Source: Nitrososphaerota archaeon
GTDB lineage: Archaea; Thermoproteota; Nitrososphaeria_A; Caldarchaeales; Wolframiiraptoraceae
Length of the DNA stretch: 24,000 nt
Direction of reading: 5' to 3'
Assembly (NCBI GenBank): GCA_021159365.1
Contig: JAGGRY010000006.1
Location: 1-24,000, forward strand
The translations under genes were made by a program, and so were the position numbers. Below, piece by piece: positions 15,451 through 22,717 of the stretch; positions within the stretch are counted from its first letter, which is position 1, and each line of letters begins with the position of its first letter. The notes under the pieces are model-generated. The model had not been told where the DNA came from, did not search any database, and saw nothing but the letters and a program-made list of their open reading frames with translations.

Positions 15451-15535
15451 CGCGGCGGGCGGGATTTGAACCCGCGTGGCCCGCTGGGCCACAGGCTTAG
15501 CAGGCCTGCCCCCTACCAGGCTAGGGAACCGCCGC
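15451..15535 (-). tRNA. tRNA-Ser(GCU), intron-less, long variable arm, discriminator G; no encoded CCA
   Basis: GCGGCGG/CCGCCGC acceptor, anticodon stem CAGGC/GCCUG with loop CUGCUAA, variable arm UGGCCCAGCGGGCCAC and T arm GCGGG-UUCAAAU-CCCGC. Confidence 0.85.
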
Positions 15536-15558
15536 CGATCTTTAGCATGTCATTTCTC

Positions 15559-15566
15559 ATTTATAG
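15559..15566 (-). promoter_or_regulatory. TATA-like box (CTATAAAT) 24-31 nt upstream of tRNA-Ser
   Basis: A/T box at canonical spacing on the minus strand. Confidence 0.4.
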
Positions 15567-15632
15567 CGTTTTTGCGGTAAATCTTTTTAGGCTGGTTGAG
15601 TTTTCTCTTTAGTGGATTGGTGAAGGGAAGGA

Positions 15633-15899
15633 GTGTCTGAGGATCCTTCCTCCTTGTCGAGGGTTGTATTGGATATTCTAAAACCTCACATCCCGACTCT
15701 CGTTGAGTTCTGTAGAGAGATCTCAAAGGTTAGAGGGGTTAAGAAGGTGAATGGCTTAGTGGTGGAAGTCGATGCTGAAACTGATAGCATTAAGCTTACT
15801 GTTGAAGGCAAGAACATAGATTTCGAAGAACTTGAATCTACTGTGAAGAGACTTGGAGCGGCGATCCACAGCGTGGACGAGGTCTTAATTGAGGGGTGA
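15633..15899 (+). CDS. DUF211 (COG1888-like) small archaeal protein
   Basis: RVVLDILKPHIPTLVEFCREISKVRGVKKVNGLVVEVDAETDSIKLTVEGKNIDFEELESTVKRLGAAIHSVDEV matches my recollection of the DUF211 consensus (LDVLKPH...VEVD.ET..I.ITIEG..IDF..I...IE..GG.IHSIDEV). GTG start. Confidence 0.65.
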   Translation: MSEDPSSLSRVVLDILKPHIPTLVEFCREISKVRGVKKVNGLVVEVDAETDSIKLTVEGKNIDFEELESTVKRLGAAIHSVDEVLIEG

Positions 15900-16483
15900 A
15901 GATGTTCAAGAGATTTAAGAGAATCTTAAGATATTCAGACTCCGCGGAATATCCTAGAAGATATGCTGTCATGAACGCATTCGATGGAGTCATAACGATC
16001 CTTGGAATAATTTTGGGCTCAAAGCTACTTGGATCCGCTGAAGCCGGACAAATAGTTGCGGCAGGTGTAGGCGCATTAATAGCGATGGGCGTCTCGGGGG
16101 CCAGCGGCACCTATATAACAGAGATGGCTGAGCAAGAGAGGAAGATCAAGGAACTTCAGGATGCCATGTTGACGAATCTCGAGGGAACTATTCTCGTTAA
16201 GGCTCATAGAGAAGCTGCTGTGATCTCAGCCCTAGTAGACTCCGCCGCCGCCATCTTCGCCGGACTTTTAGCGATCGCGCCATATTTCTTAACCGTGGCC
16301 GGATATCTCTCCGAGATGACCGCATTCTATTCCTCTTTGATTATCTCCCTCTCCCTGCTCTTCATCCTCGGAGTGTTTCTTGGAAGAGTTGCGAGTCGAA
16401 GTCTATTATTTTCTGGACTTAAGGCGCTTGGAATCGGATGTCTTACTCTCCTCTTCCTCCTGCTCCTGAACTTAATTCTTTAA
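15896..16483 (+). CDS. VIT1/CCC1-family (DUF125) membrane protein, short archaeal form
   Basis: The N-terminal signature AVMNAFDGVITILGIILG matches V.G.NDG of the family. An amphipathic linker follows, then C-terminal TM helices. The start is GTG 15896 (GTGA overlap with the DUF211 stop) or ATG 15902. Confidence 0.6.
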   Translation: MKMFKRFKRILRYSDSAEYPRRYAVMNAFDGVITILGIILGSKLLGSAEAGQIVAAGVGALIAMGVSGASGTYITEMAEQERKIKELQDAMLTNLEGTILVKAHREAAVISALVDSAAAIFAGLLAIAPYFLTVAGYLSEMTAFYSSLIISLSLLFILGVFLGRVASRSLLFSGLKALGIGCLTLLFLLLLNLIL

Positions 16484-17489
16484 GTTCTTCAGGCCTATAG
16501 ACTCCTCTCTCCGTTATTATCCCGGAGATAAGTTCAGGTGGAGTTATGTCGAATGCCGGATTCCAAACCTCGGTTCCCTTAGGCGCAATTCTCTCCTTTC
16601 CAACATAGAGGACTTCGCGTGGATCTCTTTCCTCGATCACGATCTCGTCGAGGTTATGTTCAAAATCTATGCTTGAAAATGGAGCGGCGATATAGAACGG
16701 TATGTTGTAGAATTTTGCCGCAATCGCATGGCTTAGGGTTCCGATCTTATTTATCACATGACCGGTCTTCGCGATTATTCTATCTGCTCCAACGATCACC
16801 TTATCTATCTCGCCGCGCTGCATCAAGAACGCCGCCATGTTATCGGTTATCAGCTTAACCTTTATCCCATCTCTCATAAGTTCCCAAACGGTTAACCTCG
16901 CTCCTTGTAGCTTTGGCCTAGTCTCACAGGCGTAAACCATTATACTCTTCCCCTGTTCAACCGCCGCTCTAATTACTCCTAAAACGGTTCCATATCCAAC
17001 TGTTGCCAAGGCTCCAGCGTTACAATGGGTTAGAATCTTGTCTCCATCCTTGATCAACTTCGCTCCATTTCTCCCAAGTTTCTTGTTCGTCTCGACATCT
17101 TCCTCCGCCATCTTCAAAGCCTCATTAATAACATTCTTTCTAATCTCCTCAACGGTCTCAGATTCTTCAGCGATCTTCATAATTCTCTCGATGGCCCAGA
17201 AGAGGTTGACGGCGGTCGGCCTCGTCGCCCTCAGGATTTCAGCAGATCTCCTAAGCCTCTTCAAGAAGACTTCCCTATTTCTGGCTTTACATCTATATGC
17301 TGTCAAAGCTAGACCCATGGCCGCGGCGACGCCTATCGCTGGAGCCCCTCTAATCGCCATATCTTTGATCGCCTTCGCCATTTCCTTAGCTGTTCTTATC
17401 CTAAGATACTTGAGCTTCTTCGGGAGAAGTCTTTGATCGATTATTACCACACTTCCTCTACTCCACCAAATGCTTCTAAGCTCCTTCAT
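16443..17489 (-). CDS. mtnA: Methylthioribose-1-phosphate isomerase (MtnA / eIF-2B alpha-beta-delta-like family)
   Basis: N-terminal WWSRGSVVIIDQRLLP, then IRGAPAIGVAAAMGLAL, LTHCNAGALAT and VGADRI motifs. Its 3' end overlaps the convergent VIT gene by 41 nt. Confidence 0.8.
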   Translation of the reverse strand: MKELRSIWWSRGSVVIIDQRLLPKKLKYLRIRTAKEMAKAIKDMAIRGAPAIGVAAAMGLALTAYRCKARNREVFLKRLRRSAEILRATRPTAVNLFWAIERIMKIAEESETVEEIRKNVINEALKMAEEDVETNKKLGRNGAKLIKDGDKILTHCNAGALATVGYGTVLGVIRAAVEQGKSIMVYACETRPKLQGARLTVWELMRDGIKVKLITDNMAAFLMQRGEIDKVIVGADRIIAKTGHVINKIGTLSHAIAAKFYNIPFYIAAPFSSIDFEHNLDEIVIEERDPREVLYVGKERIAPKGTEVWNPAFDITPPELISGIITERGVYRPEELKELSSGAGGRGE

Positions 17490-17682
17490 CTTCGATCAGC
17501 CTAGAATAATTTGATTAGAGATAATTAAGGGTAGCCCTCACATACCAGCGGCGAAAATGTCGTCATCTCGGCGGTAAAGCATAGATTGCGATTAAGACAT
17601 CCTGATGTAAATAGTTAACAGTGTTAGACGAAAATTTTAGCGCTGAAAAATATTTATCTAAGCCGTTAAACGAAAAATCAAG

Positions 17683-18477
17683 ATGGAGCCTTGGTCCATT
17701 GCTGTGGCGGCTTCAGCGATCTTTGCAACATCTTCGGTTTTCTCCATGTTTGGTAGAGGAGGTGGAGAGTTCTATCTGTTGATAATGTTGTCTACTCTGT
17801 CCCTGACATATTATACATGCGCGGGAATGAGTCTCTTCTTGATAATGTTGCAAGGTCTCTCGATGATCATAGTATATCATGGAAAGCATAGATTTGTCGA
17901 CTGGGGGTTGGCTATAGTGCTGGGTCTGATAGTTGGAGTATGCTCGTTCTTGGGAGGATTTCTCTCATATAAGATTCCAGCATATCTTCTAAAGACATCA
18001 TTCTCAATATTCTTACTGATCTCAGCGTATTTCATCTACAAGGGGATCTATGTTAAGTCTGTTAAAAGCAGATTTGGAATATGGACGAGAAAACTTGGAG
18101 ACAATACCTATCGCGTAAACATACTATACATCACACTTCCAGTAGCCGTGGCAGCCTTTACGGCGGGAATGGTCGGAATCTCTGGAGGCGGACTGATCAT
18201 ACCTATATGTGTTCTATTAGGAGGAGTTCCGATCAGAATAGCGATGGGAACAAATACATTCCTGGTTTTAACGTCGTCAACTATGTCCTTCGCAGGCCAC
18301 CTAATTAGAGGAGGATTCGACCCGATCTTAGGAGGAATATTTGGCTGCGTGGTGATCGTGGGGGCTCAGATAGGATCTAGATTTCATGTCAAGATAGGTG
18401 AGAGGACCTTGAGAAAAGCTTTCTCATTAATATTGGTTGTGGCAGCCGCATGGATGCTTCTCAAGATGTTTCTTTAG
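17683..18477 (+). CDS. TauE/SafE (DUF81) family anion exporter-like membrane protein
   Basis: 264 aa and polytopic. It shows the duplicated pattern with GISGGGLIIPICVLLGGVPIRIAMGTNTFLVL typical of the family. Confidence 0.75.
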   Translation: MEPWSIAVAASAIFATSSVFSMFGRGGGEFYLLIMLSTLSLTYYTCAGMSLFLIMLQGLSMIIVYHGKHRFVDWGLAIVLGLIVGVCSFLGGFLSYKIPAYLLKTSFSIFLLISAYFIYKGIYVKSVKSRFGIWTRKLGDNTYRVNILYITLPVAVAAFTAGMVGISGGGLIIPICVLLGGVPIRIAMGTNTFLVLTSSTMSFAGHLIRGGFDPILGGIFGCVVIVGAQIGSRFHVKIGERTLRKAFSLILVVAAAWMLLKMFL

Positions 18478-18487
18478 AAATGTGTTT

Positions 18488-18548
18488 GGCTCAGACGGGT
18501 AAGTCAAGGTCATCGCATAGCTCCCGTGACTCCCCCATCTTCATAGCC
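18488..18548 (-). ncRNA. Weak candidate C/D-box sRNA
   Basis: Minus strand reads GGC-U-AUGAAGA(C)-12 nt-GGGA(D')-GCUAU-GCGAUGA(C')-15 nt-CUGA(D)-GCC, with a 3-bp terminal stem. The boxes are imperfect and the second spacer is 15 nt rather than 12. Confidence 0.2.
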
Positions 18549-18591
18549 CGCTATCCTATTATGTTGGAATGAAATATTAAATATTCCTCGT

Positions 18592-19560
18592 TTATAGACC
18601 AAATCTCTTAAAATCTATCTCTATCGGCCTGTTCTTCTTCATGGATTCTAGAATGGATTCAGCTATTATAACGGCCTTTGTTCCATCGATTGCATCCACC
18701 AAAGGCTTCTTACGACTCAATAAGGATTCGATAAAATGACTTAACTCGATTCTCAAGGGCTCCTTCCACTTTAAGATAGGTTCGATGACGACGTCTGCCT
18801 TTTCCAAGGAGATTACTTGAGTTAAAAATTGTATTGAGATCACGCCCTCATTTCCAGTTATAAGCATCTCACGCTTCTTTCTCGGAGTCAGCCAATTGGC
18901 CTCGATGAACGCAACCCTCAACTCGTCTTCAAATGTCATTATCGCTTGAACGTGATCTTCAAATCTGTGTCTTAGGCTTCCTCCTCTAGCGTAAACGCCG
19001 GCAGGTTCTTGTCCAAAGATGTATCTAGTCAGGTCTATGTCATGTATCGCTGTATCCTTTACCACTCCCACATCACCTATTCTCTGTGGCCACCAGCCGA
19101 TCCTCCTACCATGAGACATTATCACCTCGCCTATCTCACCGGCTCTTAGAAGTTCAATCGCCTTGCTTACAGCCGGGTTGAATCTCTCAATAAATCCGGT
19201 CATGACAAATCTATTATTGGATCTCGCGGCATCAATGATCTTTAAACACCCATCTGGATTCGAGGCCAAGGGCTTTTCGACGAAGACGTTCAACCCCGAT
19301 TCTAAGATTCTCACCGTTATCTCTGCGTGACTAACGGAGGGTGTGCACACGGTTACAGCGTCCAGTTCTTCCTTGTTCAACATATCGTCTAGATTTTGAT
19401 AGTAATTTGGGACTCCGAATTTCTTAGCGACATATTTCGCCTTTTCGAGATCTATGTCGCAGACCGCCTTCACCTCGGCTGACTCAAGCTCTCTCAGAAC
19501 TCTTACGTGATTACTTCCCCAAAAGCCTACGCCGACCACGCCTATCTTAAGCTTCATCAA
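18592..19560 (-). CDS. Gfo/Idh/MocA-family NAD(P)-dependent oxidoreductase (sugar/nucleotide-sugar dehydrogenase type)
   Basis: N-terminal Rossmann motif KIGVVGVGFWGSNHVRVL, the EKPLA motif and a C-terminal alpha/beta domain. Confidence 0.8.
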   Translation of the reverse strand: MMKLKIGVVGVGFWGSNHVRVLRELESAEVKAVCDIDLEKAKYVAKKFGVPNYYQNLDDMLNKEELDAVTVCTPSVSHAEITVRILESGLNVFVEKPLASNPDGCLKIIDAARSNNRFVMTGFIERFNPAVSKAIELLRAGEIGEVIMSHGRRIGWWPQRIGDVGVVKDTAIHDIDLTRYIFGQEPAGVYARGGSLRHRFEDHVQAIMTFEDELRVAFIEANWLTPRKKREMLITGNEGVISIQFLTQVISLEKADVVIEPILKWKEPLRIELSHFIESLLSRKKPLVDAIDGTKAVIIAESILESMKKNRPIEIDFKRFGL

Positions 19561-19628
19561 CTCAAGGGAAATTTACTGACTCTTAAGCCTTAAAACTGAG
19601 ATAAAACCAGCGCATCTCGTTTAATCGC

Positions 19629-19877
19629 TTATTCTTTTAACAAGATCTTGTATAGCCAAATCTTAGTCAAGGTATACCAGATTAGAATCCAAACCATAAA
19701 TGTCGTTATCCCCACAATCACCCTCAACACGCTGGCCAACAGGTTTTGAGAAGCCTGCTCTATGGCTGGAAAAAGTGTTGCCGCGAGAATATAGGAGACT
19801 AAAAGGAAGGTGACCCACACTACCGCGAGAAGCCCTAAAACAGCAGCGAGGTTTCTCAAGAACTTCATTAGATCCAA
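19629..19877 (-). CDS. Small hypothetical membrane protein (2-3 TM)
   Basis: 82 aa and strongly hydrophobic. Its start overlaps the 3' end of the upstream GT4 gene by 10 nt, suggesting co-translation. I recognise no family. Confidence 0.5.
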   Translation of the reverse strand: MDLMKFLRNLAAVLGLLAVVWVTFLLVSYILAATLFPAIEQASQNLLASVLRVIVGITTFMVWILIWYTLTKIWLYKILLKE

Positions 19878-20866
19878 ACCTCCACTAGGAAGAGATCTGT
19901 AAGAATGGCGAAGATTGCGGTGAATATCGCCAGCATTCCCATCATATAGGCCATCGCCTTCTCGCTAACCTTGGCTCCTGCGCTTAGAAGTCTAACCAAC
20001 GTTATCGGCGCATTCCTATCCCTAGAAGCAGTCAAAAATCCATTCACGAACTTAACAGGTCTACTCTTAACTTCTTTCGCAGATCTTATTCCACCTATCG
20101 AGAATATCACGTGCATCTCATTCATTATTTGCGGTAAGAGGGCGATTATGGCCGCAACCTCCATTCTCCCAATAATGGCGATCGAAGCCATTAACCCGCC
20201 TATAAAGAGGCTTCCAGAGTTTCCCGGAAATATCCTCGCCGGATATCTGTTATACGGTATCATGGCTATCAGGATTGAGATGCAGATCATCGACATAGTT
20301 AAGATGAATACATCCCCTCGAAGATAGGCTATGATTAAGCTCATGGCGAAAAATGGAATCGAGGTATAGATCATGGACCCATTCAATACGTCGACGCTGT
20401 TAACTGCATTACAGGTTATCGGATAGGCCAACGCAACCAAGATCGGATAGATTTTGTATAGCCTAGTCCTACCTATGAAGGGAATCACAGGTCTAGGAGT
20501 ATAGCTTCCAGTGATCAGGATCGGGATCGAGGCCAAGAGTAGGAGGGTGGGCTTAAGCTTTGGATTCAACTCGCCTCTAAGATCCTCCAAGAATCCTATG
20601 AAACCCGCGATAAGCCCCGTTGAAAGAAATATTAGCGAAGAAAACTCCCAATTAAGGAGCATATGAACGAGTAATGCAATCAATGATCCAAGAATCAAGG
20701 CTAAGCCACCGGTCTTCGGGATCACCGGCTTCGAGGGTTTATGAACATCTACTCCAACTATGCTGATTCTCCTTCCAAGTCTAATCATGAGAGGAGTCAC
20801 CGCAATCACTGTGAGAAATGAAACCAATGCTTCAAGCATTTTATCAAAGATTTCCTCGAAATTCAA
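19868..20866 (-). CDS. Glycosyltransferase family 4 (MraY/WecA/AglH-like polyprenyl-phosphate HexNAc-1-phosphate transferase)
   Basis: Polytopic, with motifs IGFLEDLRG, NAVNSVDVLNG (the archaeal/eukaryotic N.N...G.NG type) and PARIFPGNSGSLFIGG. The annotated start is TTG, and Met10 (20839) is an alternative. Confidence 0.7.
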   Translation of the reverse strand: MNFEEIFDKMLEALVSFLTVIAVTPLMIRLGRRISIVGVDVHKPSKPVIPKTGGLALILGSLIALLVHMLLNWEFSSLIFLSTGLIAGFIGFLEDLRGELNPKLKPTLLLLASIPILITGSYTPRPVIPFIGRTRLYKIYPILVALAYPITCNAVNSVDVLNGSMIYTSIPFFAMSLIIAYLRGDVFILTMSMICISILIAMIPYNRYPARIFPGNSGSLFIGGLMASIAIIGRMEVAAIIALLPQIMNEMHVIFSIGGIRSAKEVKSRPVKFVNGFLTASRDRNAPITLVRLLSAGAKVSEKAMAYMMGMLAIFTAIFAILTDLFLVEVWI

Positions 20867-20877
20867 GGTAAAAAATC

Positions 20878-20885
20878 TTAATTAA
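20878..20885. promoter_or_regulatory. Palindromic TTAATTAA box in the 41-nt divergent gap, a possible shared bidirectional TATA element
   Basis: Its centre is ~26 nt upstream of the ACAD ATG (20908), which would make that mRNA leaderless. It reads identically on both strands. Confidence 0.35.
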
Positions 20886-20907
20886 CCATGAAGCATGATG
20901 AACTTAC

Positions 20908-22107
20908 ATGGCCTTCCCCTTCAAGAATTTAGAAGATTTTAAAATAGAATTTGAGCCGAGACATGAAGAGCTGAGAATCAGGGCTAGGAGATTTGCAGAG
21001 ATAGAGCTTAAGCCTAGGCTGTTCAGGATCGAGAAGACGGGAAAAATTCCAAGAGAACTCATTAGAAAGGCTGGGGCTGAGGGGTTTCTAGGAATAGGTA
21101 TTCCGAAAATTTATGGAGGAGTTGAAGGAGACTTAAGGGATCTAGCAATAGTGATCGAGGAGATAGCTAGAATATCTCCAGCCTTCGGCCTAACAATCCT
21201 CGTCACATATCTCTTTACAATTCCGGTACTCCTACATGGAACAGAGGAGCAGAAAAAGCTTCTAAAGAAGATCGTTCAAGGAGAGACTTACGCATGCCAC
21301 GCAGCCACAGAGCCTGGAGGCGGAAGCGACCTCGCAGGAATAAGAAGTATTGCGAGGAGAAGTGAAGGTGGATGGATTCTGAGAGGCCATAAGAGATTCA
21401 TCTCCGGAGTTGATTGGGCTGATTACTTCCTAATCCTAGCAAGAGCGTTAGACGCCTCGCCTGAAAAACGGTCAAGAAATTTAACATTCTTCATTATCGA
21501 GAGAGGTCATGAGAAATTAAGGATAATTCTCGATGAATGCATGGGTGCTAGAGGATTGAGCGTGGGACAGATAATAATGAAGGATGTATATGTTCCAGAT
21601 TCAAACGTCCTAGGAGAAATCGGCCAAGGACTCAAAATAGCTTTAGAAACGTATTCGAGGATGAGGATCGGGGCAGCTGCTCTCGCAGTCGGAATAATAC
21701 AATCATCTCTCGAAAGCTCTCTAAGATACTCGCTGAGGAGAAGAGCATTCGGCAAACCCATCATAGAATTCCAATCAAACCAATTCAAAATAGTTGATGT
21801 CCTCAGCAAGCTCACGGCATCAAGACTCATGCTTTATTGGGCAGCAAATATTTCCAAGCGTTCTCCAAGAGATCTTCCGATAGCTTCTTCGATGGCCAAA
21901 CTATATTCTTCTGGAGCTGCCGAAGATTCCGCGATCAAGGCCATAGAGATTCATGGAGGCCTAGGAGTCTTGGTCAACGCCCTCATCGAGAGATTCCTGA
22001 GAGATTCGGAGATAGTTAAGATGATTGAAGGAACTGGAGAGATCCAGAGAATAATCATATTTAGAGAGTTATTGAAGAGGATGGAAATGCTTAAAGACTA
22101 TTATTGA
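20908..22107 (+). CDS. Acyl-CoA dehydrogenase
   Basis: ACHAATEPGGGSDLAGIRSIA, the IHGGLG motif and the C-terminal IEGTGEIQRIIIFRELL with the catalytic Glu position conserved. Length is 399 aa. Confidence 0.85.
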   Translation: MAFPFKNLEDFKIEFEPRHEELRIRARRFAEIELKPRLFRIEKTGKIPRELIRKAGAEGFLGIGIPKIYGGVEGDLRDLAIVIEEIARISPAFGLTILVTYLFTIPVLLHGTEEQKKLLKKIVQGETYACHAATEPGGGSDLAGIRSIARRSEGGWILRGHKRFISGVDWADYFLILARALDASPEKRSRNLTFFIIERGHEKLRIILDECMGARGLSVGQIIMKDVYVPDSNVLGEIGQGLKIALETYSRMRIGAAALAVGIIQSSLESSLRYSLRRRAFGKPIIEFQSNQFKIVDVLSKLTASRLMLYWAANISKRSPRDLPIASSMAKLYSSGAAEDSAIKAIEIHGGLGVLVNALIERFLRDSEIVKMIEGTGEIQRIIIFRELLKRMEMLKDYY

Positions 22108-22114
22108 TTGATCA

Positions 22115-22717
22115 GTGTTGAGAGAAGAGTTGAGGCTAGCAATAGCAACGATAATATCATACGCGGCCTTTCAGATAATCCCTCTACTATTGATAGCTCT
22201 CTTCTCAGGATTATCACTCGAATACGCGGCAATAATATCCATGATCTTGGCCATGCTCATCTCCGCGATTCCATCCAGCATTCTGCTTAAGAACTCAAAT
22301 ATCTCATTTCTCCCCCCATTGATCGGCGGCTCAATATCACTTTTAATCCTGATACTTTTATCCAGCACTCAAGCAATTCCCTCGGATCTTACCTCACCAT
22401 ATCTTCAACTATATTATATGATAACAGCCGTTATAGCATCTGGATTATCAGTCACCCTCTCGAAAATATATCCCAAACCTGTCGTAAAAGGTGTTGAGGA
22501 AATCAAGGAGGTCAAAGTTGAGGAAGAAGTGAAGGCCGAAGAAATCGTTAAGAAGGAAGAGAAACCTCCAGAAAGAGTTGAGGAGGAAATGGCGAGGATT
22601 GAAGAAACCCCGAAACCCAAATTCATCAAATGCCCTCACTGCGGCCGATCAATTCCCTCAGACTCCATCTTCTGCCCATTATGCGGTGGAAAGATTGGAG
22701 AGAAGAATGAAGGATGA
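22115..22717 (+). CDS. Membrane protein (about 4 TM) with an E/K-rich linker and a C-terminal zinc-ribbon
   Basis: Four hydrophobic segments are followed by VEEIKEVKVEEEVKAEEIVKKEEKPPERVEEE. The protein ends in KCPHCGRSIPSDSIFCPLCGGKI (CxxC-x12-CxxC). GTG start 7 nt after the ACAD stop. Confidence 0.6.
   Translation: MLREELRLAIATIISYAAFQIIPLLLIALFSGLSLEYAAIISMILAMLISAIPSSILLKNSNISFLPPLIGGSISLLILILLSSTQAIPSDLTSPYLQLYYMITAVIASGLSVTLSKIYPKPVVKGVEEIKEVKVEEEVKAEEIVKKEEKPPERVEEEMARIEETPKPKFIKCPHCGRSIPSDSIFCPLCGGKIGEKNEG

Noticed and set aside
16619-17436. 79-aa and 132-aa + strand ORFs inside mtnA
   Set aside because: They are shadow ORFs opposite a well-supported MtnA-family CDS.
17601-17655. 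C/D-box-like string CUGAUGU ... CUGA upstream of the TauE-like gene
   Set aside because: The putative C box ends in U instead of the essential A. No credible C'/D' pair exists, and the spacing does not fit two 12-nt guides. A minus-strand alternative (GAGAUGA ... CUGA, ~77 nt) also lacks internal boxes.
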